Below the pieces are notes generated by a model. The model worked only from the letters and a program-made list of their open reading frames with translations. It was not told where the DNA came from and did no database searches. DNA of 64,000 nucleotides from Candidatus Latescibacterota bacterium (GTDB taxonomy: Bacteria; Latescibacterota; UBA2968; GCA-2709665). Both the position numbers and the translations under genes were made by a program. The DNA lies in NCBI GenBank assembly GCA_963667175.2, contig CAXXXF010000016.1:64001-128000 (forward strand). Direction: 5' to 3'. This document shows positions 1 through 10,240 of the stretch, one piece after another (position 1 is the first letter of the stretch; the number at the start of each line of letters is the position of its first letter).

Positions 1-534
1 AAGCGCTCCGGGTGACTGGCTGAGGGCCTCACCGATGGTCCTCCGGATCCGGGCCAGATAGGGAATCACCTTCCCGGCGTAATCGAAGTCGTCTTCCGCG
101 CCCCGCGCGGGCGGAACGATACCCCACGTCACGTGGTGGATGAAAGGATTGCCGTGACCCTGTGCGAGCATGTGGTCGCGTGCCGCTTCATCCACGGGAT
201 GGACGACCGCGACGTAGTCGAACCAGCCCATTCCGCGAGCGGGGCTGTCCTCAGGGAGTCCCGACGACACGTTGATGTAGTCGTGCCCGTCCACCGGCGA
301 CGGATAGCATCGGTTGTCCCAGCCGGAGACGTAACCGATGCGCTTCAAACGGCCGGCAACGAGATGCGGGGGATCGACGAATATGGCCGCATGGTCAGGA
401 TTCGGCAATAAAGGCACGCCGGCGGCTGAGATTTTTCGAGCGACGTCGAGCGCCTCACGCAGCCGCTCCGGCGCGTTGAAGATGCCGAGTTGCTCATTGA
501 AATCGTCAGGCAGGATCACGTTCCCGGGCATCAT
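1..534 (-). CDS. Hypothetical protein, 3' end runs off the window (possibly VOC/glyoxalase-like metalloprotein)
   Basis: Not in the ORF track. The minus-strand frame is open from ATG at 534 (SD AAAGGAG just upstream) to position 1: MMPGNVILPDDFNEQLGIFNAPERL...PDHAAIFVD...FIHHVTWGIV... The fold guess rests only on the His-plus-beta-strand motifs. Confidence 0.7.
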   Translation of the reverse strand, partial: MMPGNVILPDDFNEQLGIFNAPERLREALDVARKISAAGVPLLPNPDHAAIFVDPPHLVAGRLKRIGYVSGWDNRCYPSPVDGHDYINVSSGLPEDSPARGMGWFDYVAVVHPVDEAARDHMLAQGHGNPFIHHVTWGIVPPARGAEDDFDYAGKVIPYLARIRRTIGEALSQSPGAL

Positions 535-926
535 TCTCTCCTTTGGCAGTCCGTTGGAAAAGTCGCTCTGCAGGCGAGGCCAGGTGACAGAGGAGCCCCC
601 GACAGGTAAAATTGCCTGACCCTGACGCGGTGTCAAGCGGAATCCGGTTTGGGGAGTCGAACAGAGTTCGGTTTACAGGCTGTCACTCGCGCCGCCGGCG
701 CGCCCGCGCGAATACCCGATGGGCCGCGGATTGGAACCCGACGCGACAGACTCGCATGAACACCCGTCGCGACCGTGAAACCGGTCGTGCTTTCTTAGTG
801 TCCGCGGGCGAGTTTTCAATTTCGGGTTCCATACTGAAAACTCTATTCAAGTCAGTGCAGAACGGGGCAGCAGTTCTCCGAACATAATCCTATGATAAAA
901 TTTCATTTACGTTCGGCCATCCCAAC

Positions 927-942
927 TGGCACAGGGATTGCA
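927..942 (+). promoter_or_regulatory. sigma54 (RpoN) -24/-12 promoter
   Basis: TGGCAC-AGGGA-TTGCA is an exact match to TGGCAC-N5-TTGCW, about 40 nt upstream of the GTG at 981 and preceded by an AT-rich tract (~884-910). Confidence 0.7.
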
Positions 943-980
943 GCCCGCTGAAGTGTCGACACTTGCGGGAGGAGAATCGC

Positions 981-3900
981 GTGAAACCGGTCATTTTGCT
1001 CATTATCGGGTTTCAGTTCCTGGGACAGAACGCGTTGCGGGCCGAGATGATCGCGACGCCGGATACGCTTCGCTTCGGCCCGGTACGCATCGGGACTTCC
1101 GTGCTGGACAGTGCCGTTGTGGTGAACAGAGGACAGGCCGACATGACGTTAACCTCCGCCGATATCGACGGGACTGCCTTCCATTTGCCGGTCGATTTCA
1201 CCGACGGCGAAGGCATTACGCTGTCTCCCGAACAGACCATGAGCGTGCGGGTTCGGTTTGCCCCGGCGGACCAGGCAGACTATTCGTCAACTCTGACCAT
1301 CGGGACCGGCGGCGGCGTCCTGAATGTAGCGATGGAGGGCGAAGGCGTTCGCGAAGTGGTTGTCATTCAGGAGATCCTCGCCGACCCGCCGCCAAACGCG
1401 GACGGCGACGCCAACCGGGACGGCAAACGCCACGCAAGTGAGGACGAATTCGTAGAACTGCTCAATATTGGGCGGCGGAGCGTCCAGCTGGATGGATGGC
1501 AACTGAGCGACGCGGGAACCCCGCCTGGTTCGAGATTCACGTTTCCGGAAAACACCGTGTTGGAACCCGGCGAGCGCGTGGTTCTGTTCGGGGGTGGCAA
1601 ACCCGCAGGCATTCCAGGATCCGTGTTCGTGCATGACGGAGCCATTGGCGGAGGTCTGAACAATGGGGGCGACGAGGTCTTCCTGATCGATCCAGCCGTG
1701 CCGGATACCGTGGCGACCGCGGCCTATGGCGCCGAAGGGAACAGAAACCAATCCCTGGTGCGCCACCCGCAAGGACGGGGACCGTTCGTTCCACATAGTT
1801 CGTTCCCAGGCGACGGCGCTCTATATTCCCCGGGCCGGGCGCGCACGCTCATACGACGGAGCGACGTCGCATTGAGGGCCAGAGTGGTGATCGACGAGGT
1901 GTTGGCGGACCCTGCGGCGGGCCCGGACGGCGACGCCAACCGGGACGGCGTCAGAGACGGCAAGAAGGACGAGTTTGTCGAAATCTGGAACGTTGACTCG
2001 AAGCCGGTGACAATAGGCGGCTGGTGGCTCAGCGACGACGACGTGGGGAAGAAGAATGAGAGGTTTCATTTTCCTGACGGACTGGTACTTGAACCTGGAA
2101 CGCGCGCGGTGCTGTTCGGCGGTGGCGAACCAAAGGATCTGCCGGGACCCGTATTCGTAGACAACGGCAGCATCGGTAACGGACTGACCAATAAGGGAGA
2201 CCGGGTGTTGTTGGTCGATCCGGTTGCTAATGATACGGTGGCGGTGGCCGACTTCCGGGTAAAGGGCGACCTGAACCGATCCGTAGTGAGATTCGCGGAG
2301 GGCGTCTACGTTCCGCACCCGGACGTACCGGGCGGCGGGGGCATCTCGCCCGGTCTTCCGCACCCGAAACCCGCGCCTCCGGGGGGATCCGAACGATCCC
2401 CCCGTCCCGAGTTTCTGGATGCGCCTCCATCCTGGTGCAGGGTTGGCGCGCTCTGTCGGTTCGTGCCCAGAATTCGTAATCTGGACGGCGGATACGTGCG
2501 TCTGGAAACCCGCGCGCAGGGCGTTGTGTGGGATCGATTCACGGGTGAAATACGCTGGCGGCCGGATAGGGAAGGGCGTTTTCGTTTCTGGCAGACCGCG
2601 GTCAGTGGCTCGGGGGCGAAGACCGTCAGGCAGTTTGACGTGCGGGTCGAACCCCGGCCGCAGATTGCAATCGTCGAAATCCTGGCTGACCCTCCGCCGG
2701 GTCCGGTCGGAGACGTGAATCGGGACGGGACCCGTGACAGCCGGGAGGATGAATTCGTGGAGATCCAGAACAGAGGAGCGGATCCGGTCTGGATAACAGA
2801 CTGGCGGTTGAGCGACGATGACGTCTCTTCACGCCGGCAATTCAGGTTTCCGGACTTCACGAGACTTCGTCCCGGCGAACGCACCGTACTGTTCGGGGGA
2901 GGGCGCCCTGAAGGATTCGAGTGTCAGGTTTTCGTGGACGACGGCAGTATCGGCAACGGTTTGACGGATACGGCGGACGTGATCCTGCTGATAGATCCCG
3001 TACTGAACGATACGCTCGCCAGGGCGGCCTACAACGCAGAAGGCGATATCGACCAGTCTCTGGTGTGGGACGGGACCGGCTGGGTCCCTCACCGGACACT
3101 TCCGGGACGAGGGGTCTATTCGCCGGGATTGCCGTCTGAATCGGGTACGGTGTTCGCGGAACACGACGGGAACCGGCAAAGCGACGGCGCAGGACCGAAT
3201 GCCGGAGAAACGAGTTCTGGCGATCCGTTGGGGCCGGCAGGGGTGATGATCAGCGAAATACTCGCGAACCCCGCCACCGGTTCGGACGGCGACGCCAACG
3301 CCGATGGAGAACGTCACGGATATCGGGATGAATTCGTCGAACTGTGGAATACGGGACCCGACACTGCCCTTCTGGAAGGTTGCAGGCTTGGGGACGACGA
3401 CACCCGGTGGAACCGTATGTTCGGATTTCCCGCCGGTACGATGCTTCCGCCAGAAGGGTTCCTGGTCCTTTTTGGCGGCGGTACGCTCAAGGATTTCACG
3501 GGGGCCGCATTTACGGACGACGGTCGGATCGGCGACGGCCTCTCGAATGCTGGCGATACCGTCGTTTTTCTGTCACCCGACGGCGAGGATACGCTGGACG
3601 TGGTCAGCTTTGGAAGCGCTCCCTCAGGAACCTCCCTGGTCCGCCGCGAGGATGCCACGCTCCAACGTCACGATCTTCTGCCACACACCGGGTTGATCTC
3701 ACCGGGCCGAGCGGCGCCGTTGCTGGTCGCCATTCGCGTTGTGCCTGACACGATTGGCATGGAACCCGGGTCCATCCGCGTTGTCGCCGCGGAGGGGGTT
3801 TTCGATTCCGAAGACCGGGTGGACGTAACGGGCGATCTGACCTGGATCGTGGAGGACTCCGCGGTAGTCCGACTTGAACCCGGGCTGCAATTGCGCGCTC

Positions 3901-5318
3901 TCGCGCCAGGTGAGACGGCGGTGCATGCGCGATTCGGGCGTCTATCGTCACATGCCGTCGTCAGGGTTTTTTCGGAGACGACGGACGAAAGCGGCGATCC
4001 GGACGACGAGGATGGCGGCGGCGCGGGTCCCGCTGCAAATCTCCCGCCAGTGATCCTTTCACGCCCCGATACGCTGGTCATCGCAGGCCTGAAGTACGCG
4101 TACCGGCCGACCGCCGAGGATCCCGAGGGAGATTCCGTGGTCTTTTCTGCGCCACGGAAACCGGCATGGCTGCACTGGACGGGATCCCGATTGCACGGAA
4201 TGCCTGAAGATGCCGGATTCTGGCCGGCTGCCGTCATGGCGACCGACGGTCGTGACACAACAGAACAGGCGTTCACCATCCGGGTTGTGAGGCCCGTTTT
4301 TTCACGGGCAGGCCGGCCGGACAGCATCGCCTACGTCGGTGTGACATGGCGGCTGTCTATGGATCCAAGCCACGGGATTCAGGTCCAGGCGGATGGCGGA
4401 CCCGTTCCCGAATCGTCGGGCGAATCCCTCGTGTGGCGCCCGCAAACCGGCGACGAAGGCCGGCGGGAAATCACGGTTTCGATAAGCGGACACGGCTCGG
4501 CAAGCCTGGTCCTGACGTTCCGGATCATGGTCCGTCCACGGCCGCAGATCCGGGTCGCGGAGATCCTGGTCGATCCGGTCGAGGACGTAAGCGGAGATGG
4601 AGGCCTTGACCGTTTCGGGGATCAATTCATCGAATTGCTCAATTCCGCCGAATTCGAAGTGGATCTGTCCGACTGGACGCTCGGTGATGACGACGGGGAG
4701 CCGTTTGAATTCCCACGGGGAACGGTATTGACTGGGGGAGAACGATTGACCCTCTTCGGGGGAGGGCTGCGCGAGGACCGGAAGGGCCGGTTCAGCGCGG
4801 GCGGGCGAATCGGAAACGGTCTGGACGAAGCGGACCGGCTCCTGCTGATCGCGCCGGCCGGACCGGATACGCTCGTCGATATCCGCTATACCGGCGGGCT
4901 GATCGGCGCGTCTCTCGTTCCCGACCCGGAGAACCGCGGCAGTTGGCTGCCCCACAACCGGATTTCAGGTCTGCCGTTTTCGCCGGGGCTTGCCGAATCT
5001 GCAGCGGATTCCGCTGAGGCCCGCGCGGAATTCACCGCCAATGGAACTGAGGCGGTTCCGGCTCACCCGTTTCCAAACCCTTTTAACGTTCACACGACCA
5101 TCGGGTTTCGCGCCTCCGGCGATCCGGCTGAATTAACGGTTTACAACGTTCTCGGACAACCCGTACGGCGGTTTCCGGCCGCAGAGCGGGCGGGTTTTCA
5201 GCAACTGGTATGGGACGGTCGCGACGATCTGGGGCGACCTGTGGGAACGGGCGTATACCTCATTCGACTTCGAAACGGATTGCACGTCCGCACAATGCGC
5301 GTGGTACTGGTAAAATGA
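981..5318 (+). CDS. Large secreted lamin-tail-domain (LTD) repeat protein with Ig-like domains and a C-terminal FlgD-Ig/T9SS-like sorting domain
   Basis: GTG at 981 after GGAGGAG; signal-peptide-like MKPVILLIIGFQFLGQNALRA; N-terminal ASH/choice-of-anchor-D-like Ig domain; five repeats of I.E(I/V)L(A/V)(D/N)P...D.N.DG...DEFVE..N...G..L.DDD...F.FP....L.PG...VLFGGG; Big2 and putative-Ig segments; C-terminus FPNPFN.HTTIGF...VYNVLGQPVR...WDGRDD.GRPVGTGVYLIRL. Confidence 0.85.
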   Translation: MKPVILLIIGFQFLGQNALRAEMIATPDTLRFGPVRIGTSVLDSAVVVNRGQADMTLTSADIDGTAFHLPVDFTDGEGITLSPEQTMSVRVRFAPADQADYSSTLTIGTGGGVLNVAMEGEGVREVVVIQEILADPPPNADGDANRDGKRHASEDEFVELLNIGRRSVQLDGWQLSDAGTPPGSRFTFPENTVLEPGERVVLFGGGKPAGIPGSVFVHDGAIGGGLNNGGDEVFLIDPAVPDTVATAAYGAEGNRNQSLVRHPQGRGPFVPHSSFPGDGALYSPGRARTLIRRSDVALRARVVIDEVLADPAAGPDGDANRDGVRDGKKDEFVEIWNVDSKPVTIGGWWLSDDDVGKKNERFHFPDGLVLEPGTRAVLFGGGEPKDLPGPVFVDNGSIGNGLTNKGDRVLLVDPVANDTVAVADFRVKGDLNRSVVRFAEGVYVPHPDVPGGGGISPGLPHPKPAPPGGSERSPRPEFLDAPPSWCRVGALCRFVPRIRNLDGGYVRLETRAQGVVWDRFTGEIRWRPDREGRFRFWQTAVSGSGAKTVRQFDVRVEPRPQIAIVEILADPPPGPVGDVNRDGTRDSREDEFVEIQNRGADPVWITDWRLSDDDVSSRRQFRFPDFTRLRPGERTVLFGGGRPEGFECQVFVDDGSIGNGLTDTADVILLIDPVLNDTLARAAYNAEGDIDQSLVWDGTGWVPHRTLPGRGVYSPGLPSESGTVFAEHDGNRQSDGAGPNAGETSSGDPLGPAGVMISEILANPATGSDGDANADGERHGYRDEFVELWNTGPDTALLEGCRLGDDDTRWNRMFGFPAGTMLPPEGFLVLFGGGTLKDFTGAAFTDDGRIGDGLSNAGDTVVFLSPDGEDTLDVVSFGSAPSGTSLVRREDATLQRHDLLPHTGLISPGRAAPLLVAIRVVPDTIGMEPGSIRVVAAEGVFDSEDRVDVTGDLTWIVEDSAVVRLEPGLQLRALAPGETAVHARFGRLSSHAVVRVFSETTDESGDPDDEDGGGAGPAANLPPVILSRPDTLVIAGLKYAYRPTAEDPEGDSVVFSAPRKPAWLHWTGSRLHGMPEDAGFWPAAVMATDGRDTTEQAFTIRVVRPVFSRAGRPDSIAYVGVTWRLSMDPSHGIQVQADGGPVPESSGESLVWRPQTGDEGRREITVSISGHGSASLVLTFRIMVRPRPQIRVAEILVDPVEDVSGDGGLDRFGDQFIELLNSAEFEVDLSDWTLGDDDGEPFEFPRGTVLTGGERLTLFGGGLREDRKGRFSAGGRIGNGLDEADRLLLIAPAGPDTLVDIRYTGGLIGASLVPDPENRGSWLPHNRISGLPFSPGLAESAADSAEARAEFTANGTEAVPAHPFPNPFNVHTTIGFRASGDPAELTVYNVLGQPVRRFPAAERAGFQQLVWDGRDDLGRPVGTGVYLIRLRNGLHVRTMRVVLVK

Positions 5319-5505
5319 CCCGGGAGAGAATCGACGCGCAACCGCGTGCGTCGAAGAAACAACACTGCAATTGTCGCCGTTCAGTGTGCCGCGAATGGTT
5401 CGGGCAGGCCGCCGCCGTGCAGACGTTGAGAACAAGCGACGTTGTTCGCCGGCTTGCTCGATCGTGTTTGGCACGAAAATTCATCGAGGAAAGGAGGTGA
5501 ATTTC

Positions 5506-5766
5506 ATGGCGCAGCCCGAGATTACGTTCAGGCATGGTTCCTGCAGCGCTTCGGTATTTGAGAACGAATACAACCGCGGCAAGGAGAGCTTCAACGTCCG
5601 AACGGTTTCGTTCCAGAAGAGCTACCGGGACAAGCAGGGCGAGTGGCAGCGTTCCAGCAGCCTGGATGTGAACGATATACCGAAAGCAATTCTGGTACTC
5701 AACAAAGCCTATGAGTACCTGACGTCCAACGGCCGGGCCGAAGTCGAAGAAGAAGCTGCAAGCTGA
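5506..5766 (+). CDS. Small hypothetical protein, PC4/whirly-like putative ssDNA/RNA-binding fold
   Basis: Strong SD AAGGAGGTGA at 5491-5500, ATG 5506; 86 aa with beta strands (ASVFENE...TVSFQKSYRDKQGEWQRSSSL) then a C-terminal helix; followed by its own terminator. Confidence 0.7.
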   Translation: MAQPEITFRHGSCSASVFENEYNRGKESFNVRTVSFQKSYRDKQGEWQRSSSLDVNDIPKAILVLNKAYEYLTSNGRAEVEEEAAS

Positions 5767-5791
5767 AACACGATTTACCGTCCATTGCGAC

Positions 5792-5830
5792 GAGGGATAA
5801 CCGGCGCGTCCTTCCGGTTATCCCTCTTTT
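5792..5830 (+). terminator. Rho-independent terminator
   Basis: Perfect 13-bp stem GAGGGATAACCGG / CCGGTTATCCCTC followed by TTTT. Confidence 0.85.
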
Positions 5831-5926
5831 GCATATTCAAGGTTCTATTGTTGTTTCCAAGACGATTTGTTCGTATCTTCGGTGGAACGTGAATCGGAAG
5901 GGATAACGAGCCTGTGGAGCGTTCTC

Positions 5927-6847
5927 ATGGAAGACGAGCAGATCAATGTTGAGAAATCTCTGCGCCGGCTGACCGGCGAACTGCAGAATTTCCAGGACAT
6001 CGTCAAGCATATCAAGCCGCCTTCGGGTGAAATCCCGGAATTGGACGGAATCGATATTTTCGGGGAAACCATTCCGCTGTACGACCAGATCGGCGGGGAC
6101 CACATCATATATATCGACTTCAAGAAACGTTACGATCTGGAGGCGCGAGTCAGGCAGGCGGAGAACGAGGGCCGCATCTGTGTAGCCGCAAACCTGAGTA
6201 GATGCCGAAGGATGGCCGGGATTGCGCTTGTGGATGTGTCGGGTCACCAGATCACAGATGCGATGCTGGCAGGCATGCTGCACGGCGCATTCCTGCTAGG
6301 CGCGATATATGAATTGGACCAGTTTGGTACTATCACCGAGAAACTCTTCGAGAACCTGAACACCAGGATCTACAATTCTTCCAGCGTGAGCAAGTTCCTG
6401 ACGATGATCTACGGGGAAATCAGCGAAGACGAGACGTTCAAGTTCCTTTCTGCCGCACACCCGATGCCGATTGTCTTTTCCAATGCCCAGAATCGGATTA
6501 TGGACATCAGTGAAGACCTGTTTGTGAATTTTCCTCCGATAGGCACGTTGCCATCGAAGGAGGATATCGACCGGGAGGCGGTCCAGAGTGTACTCGGCTT
6601 CAAGGAGAAATACGAGATCAATGAATGGACGCTGAAGGGTTCCGGAGACATCCTCTTGCTGTATACCGATGGATTGACGGACCACCGCCGGGGAGACGAA
6701 GAGTATTTCCCCATTGGCCTCGAATCCGTACTTCGCAGGGAAAAAGAGCGCTCGGCACGCGGAATTTTCGAAGCCATCAAGAAGGACCTGCTCGACTTCG
6801 GCCAACCCGTAGACGATATCAGTCTTGTTGTCATAAAGAGGACGTAG
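5927..6847 (+). CDS. PP2C/SpoIIE-family (RsbU-like) Ser/Thr phosphatase, no sensor domain
   Basis: Motifs GGDH, LVDVSGH, FLTMIYG, SAAHP, LLYTDGLTD, DDISLVVIK; ATG 5927 follows GGAG (ORF track starts at TTG 5867). Confidence 0.85.
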   Translation: MEDEQINVEKSLRRLTGELQNFQDIVKHIKPPSGEIPELDGIDIFGETIPLYDQIGGDHIIYIDFKKRYDLEARVRQAENEGRICVAANLSRCRRMAGIALVDVSGHQITDAMLAGMLHGAFLLGAIYELDQFGTITEKLFENLNTRIYNSSSVSKFLTMIYGEISEDETFKFLSAAHPMPIVFSNAQNRIMDISEDLFVNFPPIGTLPSKEDIDREAVQSVLGFKEKYEINEWTLKGSGDILLLYTDGLTDHRRGDEEYFPIGLESVLRREKERSARGIFEAIKKDLLDFGQPVDDISLVVIKRT

Positions 6848-6923
6848 CAGCATCCCTCCGGCCGCGGGCGTCGAATAGCCGGACCGGATCCGATACGGAC
6901 GAAGTACCGCAGGAGGCAATGCC

Positions 6924-8333
6924 ATGAAGATGTTTGTCAATTCCCGATGGACGGACAAGGCAGAGAAGATCGAAGTGCTGAATCCGTACGATGGCTCTGT
7001 GATCGACACGGTACCACGGGCGGATGGCGCCGACGTTCAGGCCGCCCTCGCGACGGCGGCCAGGGGCGCCGAAATCATGGGGGCGATGCCGGCACACGAG
7101 CGGTACCGCATTCTGCACCGCGCCGCGGAGTTAATGGCTGACCGTCAGGAGGACTTCGGGTGGACCATTTCCTCCGAAGAGGGTAAGATTCTATCCGAGG
7201 GGCGCGGGGAAGCCGCACGGGCGGTCGATACGATGACGCTTTCGGCGGAAGAGGCGAAACGGCTTTACGGAGAGACCATTCCGCTGGACGGCGCGACCGG
7301 TGCGGAGGGCAAGTTCGGGTTTACCGTAAGGGTGCCCTGCGGCGTCGTCGTTGCCATTACGCCCTTTAATTTTCCCTTAAATCTGGTCTGCCACAAGGTT
7401 GGCCCGGCGCTGGCGGCTGGAAATTCCGTGATCGTTAAGCCGGCCACAGACACGCCTCTTTCCGCCATGAAACTGGTGGAGGCGCTTCTGGACGCGGGCG
7501 CACCGGCCGAATCCGTGCAGTGCATCACCGGACCCGGGGGCGAAATCGGAGACATGCTGTCGTCCGATCCCCGAGTGCGTAAGATCTCCTTCACGGGCAG
7601 CAGGGACGTCGGTGAACGAATCTGCAGAACGGCGGGGCTGAAGAAGGTGACGATGGAACTGGGGTCCAATTCGCCGCTGATTGTGATGCCGGACGCCGAT
7701 CTGGAAAAGGTGGCTGAAGCGACGGCCGCGACCGGATTTGCAAATGCCGGGCAGGTCTGCATTTCAGCGCAGCGGGTCATGGTCAACAAGGACGTCTACG
7801 AGGACTTCATCGACGTACTCCGGCCGCGCGTGGAGGCCATGACAACGGGCGACCAACTGGATGAATCGGTATCCATGGGACCGATGATTCGAGAGAACGA
7901 TGCGGTGCGGGTAAGCGACTGGATACACGAGGCGAGCCAGGGCGGCGCAAGGGTAATCGTGGGCGGAGACCGGAACGGTACATTACACGCCCCAACGGTG
8001 GTCGCGGACGTCGATCCCAGGATGCGGATTTCGTGCGACGAACTCTTCGGTCCGGCCGTCGGACTGACCCGATTCGAGGCCATCGATGAGGCCATCGCCT
8101 CGGCCAACGACACCAACTACGGTTTGTCGGCAGCGCTGTTCACTGAAAACCTGGACCACGCGATGCAGTTCGTCAACAAGGTGGCGTCAGGCAATATCAT
8201 GGTGAATTGGGGCCCTCAATGGCGGGCTGACCTGATGCCTTACGGAGGACTCAAGGATAGCGGGATGGGCAAGGAGGGGCCTAAGTACGCGGTGGAGGAG
8301 ATGACTGAGCTGAAGATGGTGGTATTTCATTGA
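6924..8333 (+). CDS. NAD(P)-dependent aldehyde dehydrogenase
   Basis: ITPFNFP, KPA, FTGS, catalytic ELGSN and AGQVCIS, ELFGP, PYGGLKDSGMGKEG; SD AGGAGG. Confidence 0.95.
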   Translation: MKMFVNSRWTDKAEKIEVLNPYDGSVIDTVPRADGADVQAALATAARGAEIMGAMPAHERYRILHRAAELMADRQEDFGWTISSEEGKILSEGRGEAARAVDTMTLSAEEAKRLYGETIPLDGATGAEGKFGFTVRVPCGVVVAITPFNFPLNLVCHKVGPALAAGNSVIVKPATDTPLSAMKLVEALLDAGAPAESVQCITGPGGEIGDMLSSDPRVRKISFTGSRDVGERICRTAGLKKVTMELGSNSPLIVMPDADLEKVAEATAATGFANAGQVCISAQRVMVNKDVYEDFIDVLRPRVEAMTTGDQLDESVSMGPMIRENDAVRVSDWIHEASQGGARVIVGGDRNGTLHAPTVVADVDPRMRISCDELFGPAVGLTRFEAIDEAIASANDTNYGLSAALFTENLDHAMQFVNKVASGNIMVNWGPQWRADLMPYGGLKDSGMGKEGPKYAVEEMTELKMVVFH

Positions 8334-8379
8334 TCGCGAGGGTATGGACCGGCCGGAGATTTCGTCAGCTCGACAGGGG

Positions 8380-8694
8380 TCAGGAATCCTTCTGATCGGT
8401 TGGCTCGAGCGGCTGGTGGAGCGCCTTTTTGATGAGCACACCGGCCTTGAAATAGCTCTTCTTCCGTGCGGGCACGTACACGATTTCACCTGTCCGGGGG
8501 TTGCGCGCCGCAGGTTTGGGCTTGGTGTTCTTTACGCCCAGAACACCAAAACCGCGAATCTCGATGCGGTCTCCTGAAATGAGGCTCTCGCGCATAGCCT
8601 TGAAGAGGGTGTCTACAACCTCGTAGGCAAGTTGCTTCTTCACGCCCAGGCGTTCGGAAATCTCGATCGCCAGGTCTTTCTTGGTTGTTGTCAT
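8380..8694 (-). CDS. HU/IHF-family nucleoid DNA-binding protein
   Basis: MTTTKKDLAIEISERL...RIEIRGFG...ARNPRTGEIVYVPARK..YFKAG; SD GAGGAG before ATG 8694. Confidence 0.93.
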   Translation of the reverse strand: MTTTKKDLAIEISERLGVKKQLAYEVVDTLFKAMRESLISGDRIEIRGFGVLGVKNTKPKPAARNPRTGEIVYVPARKKSYFKAGVLIKKALHQPLEPTDQKDS

Positions 8695-8734
8695 TTTCTC
8701 CTCTCGATTGGCCTGCTCGACTGAGCCGAAGCGT

Positions 8735-8764
8735 AATATAGACCCAAAGTGTCGATTGTTGCAA
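8735..8764 (-). promoter_or_regulatory. Putative sigma70 promoter of the HU/IHF gene
   Basis: Minus strand TTGCAA-N18-TATATT about 40 nt upstream of the start codon. Confidence 0.4.
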
Positions 8765-9222
8765 GAAAAAAATAAACTAGAAGTTACACGGATTTCCACC
8801 AAACCGGAACCGGGCTGCAGGATTCGGGTTCATCTGTAATTGATTGTTTTTAATAAACTTGTATGAAAATTTGTATATCTTATTGAATTTTAAACACTTA
8901 TACGAATTATCTCTCGCTTGCATTTTTCGTCGGAAGCGCCACCCGGGCGCGGGGAGGCGCGTGGATCCTGTACCATGCGGCGATCCTCGGACGACGATGC
9001 CCGCAGTCGCCGTTGTCAGCGACAGTCGTGCCTGGCGTCCGGGCAACGTCGTATTGGCGAGTCGGTTCTCTTGCGGGAGAATTGAACGGTGTGGGACCGT
9101 ACACCGGAATTGGACGGCAGCCATCCGTCGATTCAGAGAGCCATCGCTTCTTGAGCCCCGGGATGCCCGGGCCGGGCATCGGAGGCGAGCTCTTGTATGA
9201 GGGCCGGGGTGCGTGCCGAAAC

Positions 9223-10240
9223 TCAGCCGCTTCGCTGTTTGCGCAAGGTCTCCAGCAGGCGGTCGACGTGGTCAAATCCGTTAATGATGTGAGTGGACAC
9301 CCGGATCCAGTGGGCTCCGTCGATCCTTTGCGTCGGCACGGTGATCCGATGTCTCTCGTAAAGGTCGAGGCTCCCGAATCCCGTAACGTGGAATGCCGAG
9401 ATTGAACCGGACATGCCGGCGCCGGACGGTGTAAGCAGTCTTGCCCATCCTGTTGCCGCCATGCCTTCCCGAAGATAGGCCGCCAACGCCCTGCCTCTTT
9501 TCAGAATACGATATTTGCCAACCTGTTCCTGAAAATCGACGGCTTCGCCTACGGCGGCGAAACCGGCCTGATCCCGGGCGCCCCAGTTCTCAAGCCCCCA
9601 CATATACGGACGGTCGCCCAGTCTCAACACGCCGTCCGCGTCACGCCTTGGGCCCCCGCGGCTGTATCCCCAGCTTACGATGACGTGATCCAGAAGCTCT
9701 TGCGCGCGCGGAGACGCGTAGAGGAACCCCGTACCCTTCGGCGCGCATAGCCGCTTGTGACAGTTTCCGCCGTAAAAATCACAATCCAGGGCATTCAGGT
9801 CCAGGGGGATCATGCCCGGGGCATGGGCGCCGTCGACCGCAGTGATCGCACCGCGCTTGCGGGCAAGGCGCGCCAGCCTGCCAATTGGCGCGATCATGCC
9901 GGTGCGGGTGAAAATGTGACTGCAGAGGACCAGCCGGGTGCGGCCGGCAAACCCGACTTCAAAGGCATCCATGATATCGTCGGGACTCTTCGCCGTCAGC
10001 GGAATCCTGGCGCGCTTCACGACAACCCCGCGCCGTCGTTCCACATGGTGCAGGCAGTGATCGATTGCGCCAGATTCCTGGTCCGAGGCGAGAATCTCGT
10101 CGCCGGGACGCCATCTCAGGCCATTGATCACCATATTGATAGCGACGGTGACGTTGCATGTGAACGCGACGTCCTCCGGCGGCGCGTTGATAAAGCCGCT
10201 CAGCCGGCGGCGGATACCTGATTCATGAATCCCTCGATTG
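9223..10240 (-). pseudogene. 5'-truncated class V PLP aminotransferase (isopenicillin N epimerase/cysteine desulfurase-like)
   Basis: Motifs EDVAFTCNVT, VDGAHAPG, GNCHKRLCAPKGTG (usually HKW), IRVSTH. Homology continues upstream of the track ATG (10134) to ~10215, then an in-frame TGA near 10245. The N-terminal segment typical of the family is missing. Confidence 0.65.

Noticed and set aside
1395-3310. Repeated GGACGGCGACGCCAAC-type sequences considered as CRISPR or DNA repeats
   Set aside because: Irregularly spaced and in frame; they encode the repeated LTD loops.
5469-5484. TGGCAC-N5-TTCAT as a sigma54 promoter
   Set aside because: It lacks the essential GC at -12.
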